NCBI GenBank assembly: GCA_963675295.2
Contig: CAXXKJ010000002.1
Span: 4,256,001-4,320,000 of the forward strand
DNA from: a bacterium
GTDB taxonomy: Bacteria; Electryoneota; Electryoneia; Electryoneales; Electryoneaceae
DNA: 64,000 nt
Reading direction: 5' to 3'
The position numbers and the translations under genes were made by a program. The notes under the pieces were generated by a model. It made no database searches and was not told the DNA's origin. It saw only the letters and a program-made list of their open reading frames with translations. This document shows, piece after piece, positions 17,473 to 26,761 of the stretch. Position 1 is the first letter of the stretch; every line of letters begins with the position of its first letter.

Positions 17473-18276
17473 CTAGCGTTGCTTCTCCCACTCCCGCAGT
17501 TTCCGGCTCGCTTCCTCGAGACGTTTCTTGTCGGCAGCCGACAGCGCGTCCAGCCCTTCCTTGTTGATCTTGTCGAGCAGGTCGTCCACTTCCTTCTGCA
17601 GCTTGCGGACTTCATCCTCCTGCCGGTAGACCACTTTGAGGTGCTGTTTGCGTGCCTGTTCGCCGCGGTAGTTGCGCATCTTCATTCGCCATTTCGGCCA
17701 CTGCAGGTAGACGAAGCCGAAGAGCATGCCGCCGAGGTGGGCGAAGTGCGCGACCGGGCTTGCGGGATTGAAGCCGCTGATGAACTCGATCACCACCAGG
17801 CCGATGACGAAGTACTTCGCCTTGACCGGGAACAGGAAATACAGGTAGATCGGCTGATTCGGAAAGAGGACACCGAACGCCAGTAAAAGGCCGTAAATCG
17901 CCCCGGAGGCACCGACAATCGGGATGGGGCTGCCGGGTGTGATCACGGCGTTCAGCAGACCGGCCCCGATTCCGCAGATGAAGTAGTATTTCAGAAAACG
18001 GCTTGGTCCCCAGATGGTTTCCAGCGTCCTCCCGAACATCCACAGCACGAACATGTTGAAGAAGATGTGGAAAAAGCCGCCGTGCAGGAACATGTACGAC
18101 ACCGGCTGCCAGATATAGCCGCTCCAGAACAGGGCGGGGATCAGGCCGAAGTAGTACGTGATCACCCGGTCAAACACTTGCTGCAAGAGGAACACGGCCA
18201 CGTTGATGATCAGCAGCAGGCGAACCGTATTTGGAATCATCGATGTGCTGTATGTGCCGAAGCTTCGGGGTGCCAT
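17473..18276 (-). CDS. Rhomboid-family intramembrane serine protease with C-terminal DUF6576-like tail
   Basis: FLHGG..HIFFNM, VGASGAIYG (catalytic Ser), AHFAHLGG (catalytic His); VDDLLDKINKEG tail. Confidence 0.9.
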   Translation of the reverse strand: MAPRSFGTYSTSMIPNTVRLLLIINVAVFLLQQVFDRVITYYFGLIPALFWSGYIWQPVSYMFLHGGFFHIFFNMFVLWMFGRTLETIWGPSRFLKYYFICGIGAGLLNAVITPGSPIPIVGASGAIYGLLLAFGVLFPNQPIYLYFLFPVKAKYFVIGLVVIEFISGFNPASPVAHFAHLGGMLFGFVYLQWPKWRMKMRNYRGEQARKQHLKVVYRQEDEVRKLQKEVDDLLDKINKEGLDALSAADKKRLEEASRKLREWEKQR

Positions 18277-18762
18277 ATGGCTTGCTTTCCCAGCTTGATG
18301 TATGTATCAGGTTCGACTCGTATCAGCCGGACCTGGTTACTGCCGCCGAAAGATACGTTGAACGCAAGACGAAACGCGCGTGCAATGGAGCGAGCGGACG
18401 TATGTCGAGCTCGCCGAAACACGAAAAAAGATGTTTTCGATTGTGAGTATGCTTCCACCGGTCGGCAAGGAATTTTTAACCCCCGGAAAATGTAGACTAC
18501 TCCCGGAGACAGGTGCGTCGATTTCAACCTGCTGAACCCCCGCTAAACCCGCACAATCTCGGTGTTTTTTGGACTAGCTTGCTCAGTGAAGATAATTGCC
18601 GTGGTTGGGTCTCATCCATTGTGTCACTCTCCGGTATCCTGTATACTACCCGCGGAACTGCTTGTTTCATGGGGCGGACCCTGAATTTTGCCTTCCAAAC
18701 TGACCACTCCGCCGCCCTACGCTCGCTCGTGAGCCTATTGACCAATCCTGGGGTTCAACCGC

Positions 18763-20265
18763 ATGCGTGTACTCTCATTCACGCTGCTGCTATCACTGAT
18801 TCTGACTCTGCCACTGTTTGCGAGCAACAGTGTTTCGGGAACGTGGACGGTCGATGACAGCCCTGTTGTCATCGAAGAAGATTCGTACGTCCCCGTGGGT
18901 GATCAGTTAACCGTCGAGGCCGGCGTCCTGGTGTGGTTCATGGAAGGCACGCGACTCGAGGTTTATGGACAGATTGAAGTTATCGGTGAACCCAAGAATC
19001 CGGTTGTCTTTACGGGCTATGAAGACGGTACGGTCTGGGATGGGCTGTTCCTCTACGGCACGGACGAAGGCCTGCCTAACTCGTTCACTTATGCCCACAT
19101 TTTAAACTGTGTGTACGGTCTGTCGGTGGATGCCGGCATCGCGTACCTCGACCAGGTCACGGTCAAGGCTGACTATTACGGCATGTTGATGATGCACAAC
19201 GCGTATGCTCGCGTTACGGACAGCATCATGAACGTGACCACCACCAATCCTGACGCAATTACCGTCTTTGCGCTCGAGTCGCAGTTCGATGCTCTTCGGT
19301 CAACGTTCGAACTGAATATCCAACAGACGACAAGCAATCCACCAACAGCGGCAATAAAACTGCGGTTGGCACAGGAAACAACGATTGATTCCTGCCATGT
19401 TCGAGCCACCAGCCGTTCAGGCGCGCACGGTATAAATCTCTTGGCGTGCTATGATAACGTTGATATCCAGCACTCTTCAATCCACGTAGTTCATAGTGGC
19501 GGTTTGGCAGAACAGAGTTGCGCTGCGATCTTTGCCAGTGATTCGGATCTTTATGTACTGGATCACATGAGCATTCATCTCGAAGCGGATGCCGGTTCGA
19601 TCTACGGGATTTATGCAAAGTTCTCTTCTCGCATCAATTTAATCAACTCAATAATTTCCGCCACGAACGTTGTTTCTGGAACGCAACGCTACGCATCCTA
19701 CATTGATCCAAATGGTTTCCACGGATCCGTGAACTTCTCCTACTCTCTGGTCCATCAGGTTACGCTGCATAACGAAACCGAGTACTTTACATACGATGAA
19801 TTTTCCTTGCTGACTGACCAGGACCCGCTTTGGGTCGATGCTGATCAGGAAGATTACCACCTGCGAGCGGAATCGCCCTGCATCGACGCCGGTTCGCCAG
19901 CAACGGAACCGGATCCGGACGACACGGTCGCAGACCTTGGCCGCAACTTCTTTTATATTGTCGACGTAGTCGAACCGTCCACGCCGGTGGTTCGCGAGTT
20001 TACACTGGGTTCAGCCTACCCGAATCCGTTCAACGCCAGCACGCGGTTCAGCGTTGAGTTGGCGGTAACTTCGCAGCTTGACGTGCGTGTGCAAAATGTG
20101 CTCGGTCAGACGGTAGCGACCCTGGCCGATGGTAGCTACCACGCAGGCCGTCATGAGTTCACCTGGCAAACGGCACAAAGCGGAAATCTCGCGTCCGGGA
20201 TTTATCTGCTCCATGTCAGAGCAAATGGCAACGTCCAGACACAGCGTCTGGTGCTGCTGAAGTAA
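18763..20265 (+). CDS. Secreted parallel beta-helix protein with T9SS type A CTD
   Basis: Signal peptide; VSGTWT..DSP...LTVEAGV; DPLWVD...DYHLRAESPCIDAG...DPD.TVADLG; AYPNPFNAST...LASGIYL. Confidence 0.85.
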   Translation: MRVLSFTLLLSLILTLPLFASNSVSGTWTVDDSPVVIEEDSYVPVGDQLTVEAGVLVWFMEGTRLEVYGQIEVIGEPKNPVVFTGYEDGTVWDGLFLYGTDEGLPNSFTYAHILNCVYGLSVDAGIAYLDQVTVKADYYGMLMMHNAYARVTDSIMNVTTTNPDAITVFALESQFDALRSTFELNIQQTTSNPPTAAIKLRLAQETTIDSCHVRATSRSGAHGINLLACYDNVDIQHSSIHVVHSGGLAEQSCAAIFASDSDLYVLDHMSIHLEADAGSIYGIYAKFSSRINLINSIISATNVVSGTQRYASYIDPNGFHGSVNFSYSLVHQVTLHNETEYFTYDEFSLLTDQDPLWVDADQEDYHLRAESPCIDAGSPATEPDPDDTVADLGRNFFYIVDVVEPSTPVVREFTLGSAYPNPFNASTRFSVELAVTSQLDVRVQNVLGQTVATLADGSYHAGRHEFTWQTAQSGNLASGIYLLHVRANGNVQTQRLVLLK

Positions 20266-20289
20266 TCGAGTTTCGTATATCATGCCTTG

Positions 20290-20322
20290 AAAATCCAACT
20301 CCGCTGAGGGGTTGGATTTCTT
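20290..20322 (+). terminator. Probable intrinsic terminator
   Basis: AAATCCAACTCC-gctga-GGGGTTGGATTT-CTT after TAA. Confidence 0.6.
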
Positions 20323-20451
20323 GCATTATGCACACTCCCCCCACACGGTAGTCCGGTTGCGGATACCGGGCTGCATAAATTGCGCTGCTCATGAGTGATT
20401 CGCTACCTTAGCTAGTTACGGGTGAAGACTGCTTGACGGGACACTCTTGGA

Positions 20452-21537
20452 ATGGAGGGTATCAGGATGAAACGAGCACGCCATATCTCCAGCCTTTTGG
20501 TTGCACGAAGTCCTAAGGTTCTCGCGGTTGCCACGGTAGTCGTATTTCTGGTTTCAACAGGCTGCTTGATGGAACCCGACCGGAACAATCCGTCCGACCC
20601 CAGTAGTCCAGAGTACAACGACGATGGCATGATTCGCTTCGCGGTGTATGACCGCGACAATGACGCGCTCGAGAACGCCATCGTGCGTCTGCTGGGATAT
20701 GATGACGCTCAGTTCACCGATGAAAACGGCATTGCGATGTTTGAGGTACCCGGTGATACGGTCTATTACACGGTGGAACGAGCGGGTTACGTCCCCAAGT
20801 CCAACCAGGTTTTTGTCCAGGCACGGACCACAACCACCGAGGTAATTCGGTTGAACGGCGAACCGTTTATTGATTCTGTCCGTGTGAATACGACGATGAG
20901 GGAAGATGTCCCTGGTACGTTTCAGTATGGCTACCAATGCAGAGTGTATGTGGGTGACAACGATTCAATCGAAGACCTGACGGAGCTTCGGTTTTACCCG
21001 CCGGGAGCAAATTCGCCAGAATCTGTGATCGCTGAGCCGGAAATCTTTATCGATGAAGTTGTCAGCGATACCAGCAAGGATCTGATCAACCTGATCGGCC
21101 AGGAGTTTCGTTTCGTGCTGTACGATGAGGAATCCGATACCGCGGAAGTTCGGGAAACTCTGAGCACTCACCTGTTTTACAAGTGGCTTTCTCAGGACAT
21201 GTTGCCGATCGGCCCGCATGAGTATGAAATCGGCAACATGGAATTTACCTGGGCGAACAACACCTCGCCCCGGCATTTGCTCTATGCTCCGAACAAGTAC
21301 CGTTTGCAGATCTTCAGACGTCAACAGGATACCGAGTCGTTTATCGACACGACCGTGGTGTTTGACTTCAGCTACGCCCAGAGCACCCCGGAGTTCACGA
21401 TACTGATTACTCAGGAGGAAGGGTTTACGGATGGGCAAACTCACTGGTGGCAATTGACGATGTATGACCTTTCCGGAAATCTGGTTCGCAGCCCACGTTT
21501 GGAGTTTATCCCAAGCCCGGACATCATTGGCGACTGA
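20452..21537 (+). CDS. Lipoprotein with carboxypeptidase-regulatory-like domain
   Basis: Lipobox LVSTGC followed by PDRNNPSDP; ALENAIVRL...TDENG...ERAGY; exact start uncertain (20452 or 20467). Confidence 0.7.
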   Translation: MEGIRMKRARHISSLLVARSPKVLAVATVVVFLVSTGCLMEPDRNNPSDPSSPEYNDDGMIRFAVYDRDNDALENAIVRLLGYDDAQFTDENGIAMFEVPGDTVYYTVERAGYVPKSNQVFVQARTTTTEVIRLNGEPFIDSVRVNTTMREDVPGTFQYGYQCRVYVGDNDSIEDLTELRFYPPGANSPESVIAEPEIFIDEVVSDTSKDLINLIGQEFRFVLYDEESDTAEVRETLSTHLFYKWLSQDMLPIGPHEYEIGNMEFTWANNTSPRHLLYAPNKYRLQIFRRQQDTESFIDTTVVFDFSYAQSTPEFTILITQEEGFTDGQTHWWQLTMYDLSGNLVRSPRLEFIPSPDIIGD

Positions 21538-21543
21538 GGAACG

Positions 21544-23088
21544 ATGAACAACAAGTCAGGCAAGGAATTTGAGAACGGTCCGGCGATGGATCAGAGCGAT
21601 CTGGCCCCCGGTCCGATGGACAACCCCAACACTCTTGAAGCGCTGCTGCGCATCAGCCAGGTGCTGAGCACGATTCTCGAGGGCCCGGCGCTGTTGCGCA
21701 AGGTGCTCGAGATGGCGATGGAAACAGTGCACGCGCAACGTGGGTTCGTCGTCGTCACCGGCGAGGATGGGGACGAATGGTCGATCCGCGCATCTGCAAA
21801 CTTGAGTGACGAGGAAGCGGGCCGGATCGCGCAGCCCTCCGCGAAGATCCTCAAGCGGGTTCAGGCGGAACGGGTGCCGTTGCTGGTTCATGACGCCCAG
21901 ACCGACCCACGTTTCGAGGGCTCGGAATCGGTGATCATGCAGCAGATCACCGCCGCAATCGCGGTGCCGATGATGGTTCGTGACGAACTGATCGGTATCA
22001 TCTACGTCGACAGCCGCCAGAACCGCTCGCGTTTCACCGAGGAAAACCTCGACTTCTTTCGTGTGTTCGCTGTCCAGGCGGGCTTGGCGTACGTTAACGC
22101 CGCCCGCTTCGACCGCTTGCAGGAAGACAAGTTGCGGTTGCAGACCGAGATGCAGAAGATGTACGGCTTCCCGTCCATCATCGGTGTGCACCCGAAGATG
22201 CAGCAGGTTTTCACCCTGATGCGGAAGATCTTAAACTCCGACATTTCAGTGTTGCTGCTCGGTGAGAGTGGTACCGGTAAGGAACTTGTCGCCCAGGCGC
22301 TCCATTACAACGGCCCCCGGCGTGAGAAACCGTTCATCGCGCAGTTCTGCGGCAACTTGAGCGAGAACCTGCTCGAGTCGGAGTTGTTCGGCCACAAGCG
22401 TGGCGCATTCACCGGCGCGCTGCACGATAAGCGCGGGTTGATGGAAGTCGCGGACGGCGGCACCTTCTTCCTCGATGAAATCGCCGACATCAGTCCGACC
22501 ATTCAGACCAAGCTGTTGCGTGTCGTGCAGGACGGTGTCATCCGCCGAGTCGGTGGCACCGACAGCCACAGCGTCGACCTGCGTTTGTTGTCCGCGACAA
22601 ACAAAGACCTGAAGGATGAGGTCGACGAGAAGCGGTTCCGTGAAGACCTGTACTATCGCCTCAACGTCATCACGATCCAGATTCCACCGTTGCGCGAACG
22701 CGGGGATGATGTCCAGTTGCTGTCGGATTATTTCCTTAAACGCGCTTCGGAACGCTCCGGAATGACGAAGAAGATCGTCAGCCGTGAAGCGGTCGAGATG
22801 ATGAAGGCATATGAGTGGCCCGGCAACGTGCGTGAGCTTGAGAATGCAGTGCAGCGCGCGGTTGTTTTAGCCGGCGAGCGCGAAGAAATTCTTCCGGACG
22901 ACCTGCTGATCACGATGGACGGCGACGAGCTTCCGCGCGAGAAGACGTTGCGTGAACACGAACGCGACATCGTGATGAGCACACTCGAGAAGTATGAGGA
23001 GAACAAAACCCGCACCGCCGACGCGCTGGGCGTCAGCCTTCGGTGGCTGCATTACCGGTTAAAAGAGTGGCAGAGCTCGAACGAATAG
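21544..23088 (+). CDS. Sigma54-dependent enhancer-binding protein (GAF-AAA+-HTH, NifA/FhlA-like)
   Basis: N-terminal GAF (GIIYVDS); GESGTGKE, ESELFGH..GAFTGA, FFLDEI, FREDLYYRL, WPGNVRELEN; Fis-type HTH. Confidence 0.92.
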   Translation: MNNKSGKEFENGPAMDQSDLAPGPMDNPNTLEALLRISQVLSTILEGPALLRKVLEMAMETVHAQRGFVVVTGEDGDEWSIRASANLSDEEAGRIAQPSAKILKRVQAERVPLLVHDAQTDPRFEGSESVIMQQITAAIAVPMMVRDELIGIIYVDSRQNRSRFTEENLDFFRVFAVQAGLAYVNAARFDRLQEDKLRLQTEMQKMYGFPSIIGVHPKMQQVFTLMRKILNSDISVLLLGESGTGKELVAQALHYNGPRREKPFIAQFCGNLSENLLESELFGHKRGAFTGALHDKRGLMEVADGGTFFLDEIADISPTIQTKLLRVVQDGVIRRVGGTDSHSVDLRLLSATNKDLKDEVDEKRFREDLYYRLNVITIQIPPLRERGDDVQLLSDYFLKRASERSGMTKKIVSREAVEMMKAYEWPGNVRELENAVQRAVVLAGEREEILPDDLLITMDGDELPREKTLREHERDIVMSTLEKYEENKTRTADALGVSLRWLHYRLKEWQSSNE

Positions 23089-24878
23089 TCGGCTATCGCG
23101 TCGACCGTGAGATTTCCCGCTCGTCCATCGCCTCTGTTTACCAGGGATATCAGGAATCCCTGCAACGCAAGGTGCTGATCAAGCGTTTGCACCCCCAGTT
23201 CGTCGGAGATCCGGAAATCCGGGCCCGATTTGAACGGGAGGCGCACGCACTCGCCCGGATCAAGCACAAAAACATTGTTCACATTTACGATTACCGCGCC
23301 GACGATGAGCTGATGGTGCTGGTCCAGGAATGGATCGGCGGCGGCTCGGTCGCGGAGTTGATGCGCAACAACGGCCCACTCGAGGAACGGGAAGCCATCG
23401 CGCTGGCGATGGATGTCCTTGAAGGTTTGGAAATCGCGCACGAAGCCGGTGTCATCCACCGTGACATCAAGCCGTCCAACCTGATGCTTTCGCACACCGG
23501 TTCAATCAAGATCACCGACTTCGGCCTCGCCCACTTTGAAGGTTCGCCCACGCTCACCCAGCAGGGCGCGATCATGGGTACGCCGGCGTATATGGCGCCT
23601 GAGATGGTCAACGGCCAGCCCGGCAGTGCCAGCTGCGACCTCTACAGCTTCGGTGTCACCCTCTACGAAGTGCTCACCGGCGAGAATCCGTTCCAGGCGG
23701 AACACATTTCGCAAACCTTGCAGCGCGTGCTCAGCGTCAAGCCAGTGAAGCTGGAAGGGGTGCACGACGAAACCAACCGCATCCTGCTGTCGTTGATGGC
23801 GAAGGACCCGAACCAGCGGCCGAAAAGCGCGTCCGAGGTGCTCGCGCAATTGCGTCCGCTCGCGCGTGACCTCGGGTCAGAAGAGGGCTGGGAAACCGTT
23901 GAGATCCCGGTTCCGGACGCGTCCACGAACGGTGACGGATCGGTCGTGCCGTTGCGTTCCCCGGAGACGCACACCATTCGCCCGGTCAAGCGCGCGGCCC
24001 CCTCCAAGCGGCTGGTGATTGCCGCGTGGGCATTGATGGTGCTGGTCACCGCCGCCGTGATCACGTTTACCATGACCAGCTGGTTCGCGGGTGAGGAGGC
24101 GGGTGACGTTCCGCCCGTCGACACAACCCTCGCCCTGCTCGACACCGATCCCGGCTTTGACGAAGGCCTCGAACCGGAACAACCGGGCGGCGTCAACGAT
24201 CAGGGAAACGAGGGCGAGACGGCCGGGAATGATGGTGAGACAGGCATTTCCCCGGGCAACGAAGGTGAAACGGAACCGGACCAGCCCCCCGCCGAAACCG
24301 AGCAGCCACCAGCCAGCACTCAGCCGGGAAACCCGGCCGGCGAGGGTAAGTCATCCAATGACGGCCAATCGGACGCGGAAGGATCTGACAACGAAGCGTC
24401 ACTGCCGCTCGACCTCGAGCCACCTTCCACCGATCCGGTCTTCTTCAACGATTCCGGGTACGTCCAGATCAGCGTGCAGCCCTGGGCGCATGTGTATTAC
24501 AACGATCGTCTGATCGGGACCACGCCGCTGACCGGCGCGGTCAAGCTGCCGTCCGGCCGTGCGCAGCTGGCGTTGGTCAATCCGCAGTTCCCGCGTGTAA
24601 CACGTGACTTCCGTGTTCCCACCACAGGCGACACTGCGAGTTATTCCGTCGATCTGTACGGCGAAGTGGGTGTCATCGAATTCATCAACGCGACCCCGTG
24701 GGCCGAGATCATCCTCGACGGCGAATACATCGGGGATACGCCGCTCGGCCGTCCGATTCTGCTGCTGCCGGGCGATCATGTCCTGGTCTTCCACCATCCG
24801 GACCTGAAAGACGAGGAACAGCGTTTCTCGATCGGTGCCGGCGAACGTCTCAGCTTCCGCGCCAACCTCTACGATTGA
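23067..24878 (+). CDS. Hanks-type Ser/Thr protein kinase with TM segment and C-terminal PEGA-like domains
   Basis: RFEREA, HRDIKPSN, KITDFG, GTPAYMAPE; TM helix; acidic Pro/Gly linker; two PWA...G.TP repeats; probable GTG start overlapping upstream gene. Confidence 0.88.
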   Translation: MAELERIVGYRVDREISRSSIASVYQGYQESLQRKVLIKRLHPQFVGDPEIRARFEREAHALARIKHKNIVHIYDYRADDELMVLVQEWIGGGSVAELMRNNGPLEEREAIALAMDVLEGLEIAHEAGVIHRDIKPSNLMLSHTGSIKITDFGLAHFEGSPTLTQQGAIMGTPAYMAPEMVNGQPGSASCDLYSFGVTLYEVLTGENPFQAEHISQTLQRVLSVKPVKLEGVHDETNRILLSLMAKDPNQRPKSASEVLAQLRPLARDLGSEEGWETVEIPVPDASTNGDGSVVPLRSPETHTIRPVKRAAPSKRLVIAAWALMVLVTAAVITFTMTSWFAGEEAGDVPPVDTTLALLDTDPGFDEGLEPEQPGGVNDQGNEGETAGNDGETGISPGNEGETEPDQPPAETEQPPASTQPGNPAGEGKSSNDGQSDAEGSDNEASLPLDLEPPSTDPVFFNDSGYVQISVQPWAHVYYNDRLIGTTPLTGAVKLPSGRAQLALVNPQFPRVTRDFRVPTTGDTASYSVDLYGEVGVIEFINATPWAEIILDGEYIGDTPLGRPILLLPGDHVLVFHHPDLKDEEQRFSIGAGERLSFRANLYD

Positions 24879-25138
24879 TCCGTCCCACACATCCCAGCCT
24901 TGTCGAGCCTCGAAAATCCCAGAAAACATAGATAGTGTCGCAGTTTTCACAGTTTTGTTGACATATTTTAGGATCTCCTATCTCTCACATCTCCCTTCCA
25001 TGATGTGAGATCTATCTTCACCGCTTTGACGTTCTTTCCGCGGCTGCTACCTTTTGCCAAACCTGTGAAGCGCTTCTACCCGCCCACCTGCCGCGCTTGC
25101 TTCACGTTAACGAAACACCACAGTGAAAGGGGATCGCC

Positions 25139-26650
25139 ATGAGAATGGGGATGGTTGTGGTATGCTCACTCCTGATTGCGTTCGGGGCGTTCGCAAATCA
25201 GGACGACACCAGCTTGATCGGGCAGTCGCAGCTTGATCAGAACATTGTACCCGTGCCACACAAGGCTGTTGATCGCAGCATTGACGAGTTCGGCCCGTTG
25301 CATGAGCCGGAACTCATGTTCGAGTTTGGAGAGGGCCCGCAGAATCACATGTTCGGCATCGCATGGGACGGTACGTACTACTGGACAATCAACGGTGGCA
25401 ACACCAGCGGTCTGCTGAATTACTACGACGAAAACGGGTCCTTTGTCGGAACGACGAATGTCGCTATCGACGGTCGCGGCCTTGTGTTCAACCCGGTTGA
25501 TGAGCTGCTGTACATCTCCAGCTACCAGGGAAACATCTACCGCATCGACGACCCGTTCACCGGTTCCTATTCCATGGTTGGATCTGGCGTCATGCAGAAC
25601 GGTCAGGCCAGCCTTGGCATGAGCTGGGACGGCAACCTGCTGTATGACTACTCGGAGGGCGTGCTCGAGGTCCACGACTTCTGGACATATGACTTGTTGG
25701 ACGTCATTACCGGCATCAACAGCGGGACGGGCAACTACGGCGGCGGCTGCGCGGTCATCGTCGACACCGATTATTTCTACACCATCAATACCGACACCAA
25801 CACGTTGTATGTCTACACCTTGGCCGGATCGTATGTGACGGAGTACTACCTGCCGTCCGGTGACAATGGCATGTCGTTGTCCATGGCGAACTATATGGTA
25901 TTCTACAGCACCGACAGCAGCTATGACTACGGCACCTGGCATGGCTATTCGTTGCGCGACTGGACCGAAGGTCCGGTGCAGTTCAACCTGATACCGCAGA
26001 TCACCGTTGTCCCATCTGGTGGCGGCGATGTGTATTACGACGCGTCGCTGGTCAGCGAGTTGCCGGGCACCTACAACAACCTGTTCTATCGCAGCTACAT
26101 CACCCTTCCGAACGGTCAGGTGGTCGGACCGCAGGCGAACATCTCGTTTGTCCACACACCGTTCATGAACGTCTTGATCCAGGGACTGACGCAGTACGTG
26201 CCGCCGCTCGCGCCGGGCGGACAGTACAATTTCGAAGGCCGGATCTACTACATGGGGTCGGTGCGGCTTGTAGACGACTTCTACTTCACCAAGGAAGGTG
26301 CCGGCTCGGATGACTTCGTGTTCAATCCCGACGATTGGACCGCTAGCGGCTTCAGCGTGGCGGGCAACACCGAGGCGATTCCGTCCGAGTATGCGCTCAG
26401 CGAAGCCTACCCGAACCCGTTCAACCCGACCACGCAGCTCAATGTGACCTTGCCGCAAGCGGCGGAGCTGACGGTTCAGGTGTACAACCTCGCCGGGCAG
26501 CGTGTCGCAACGTTGGCAGAGGGTCAGATGTCCGCAGGCGAACACTCGCTGACGTTTGATGGCGCCCACCTGTCCAGCGGCCTGTATTTCGTGCACGCGA
26601 GCATATCGGGCCAGCTGAATCAGATCCGCAAGGTGACGTTGCTCAAGTAA
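25139..26650 (+). CDS. Secreted beta-propeller-like T9SS cargo, tandem paralog 1
   Basis: Signal peptide; GIAWDGTYYW, GMSWDGNLLY propeller-like blades; AYPNPFNPTT...LSSGLYFV...KVTLLK. Confidence 0.85.
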   Translation: MRMGMVVVCSLLIAFGAFANQDDTSLIGQSQLDQNIVPVPHKAVDRSIDEFGPLHEPELMFEFGEGPQNHMFGIAWDGTYYWTINGGNTSGLLNYYDENGSFVGTTNVAIDGRGLVFNPVDELLYISSYQGNIYRIDDPFTGSYSMVGSGVMQNGQASLGMSWDGNLLYDYSEGVLEVHDFWTYDLLDVITGINSGTGNYGGGCAVIVDTDYFYTINTDTNTLYVYTLAGSYVTEYYLPSGDNGMSLSMANYMVFYSTDSSYDYGTWHGYSLRDWTEGPVQFNLIPQITVVPSGGGDVYYDASLVSELPGTYNNLFYRSYITLPNGQVVGPQANISFVHTPFMNVLIQGLTQYVPPLAPGGQYNFEGRIYYMGSVRLVDDFYFTKEGAGSDDFVFNPDDWTASGFSVAGNTEAIPSEYALSEAYPNPFNPTTQLNVTLPQAAELTVQVYNLAGQRVATLAEGQMSAGEHSLTFDGAHLSSGLYFVHASISGQLNQIRKVTLLK

Positions 26651-26761
26651 TACAAGCTTATTGCCTGTTCCGAATGCATTGCCACGTGCCGAACGGTCCG
26701 TGGCAATGCCGTTTTCCAGCATTGACCGCTCTGCTAAAACAACCGGCAAGGGGGCCCGACC

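Noticed and set aside
17264-17491. 75-aa ORF with ATDATDAK repeats
   Set aside because: Translation of the intergenic 9-mer repeat and REP palindrome; no RBS or coding evidence
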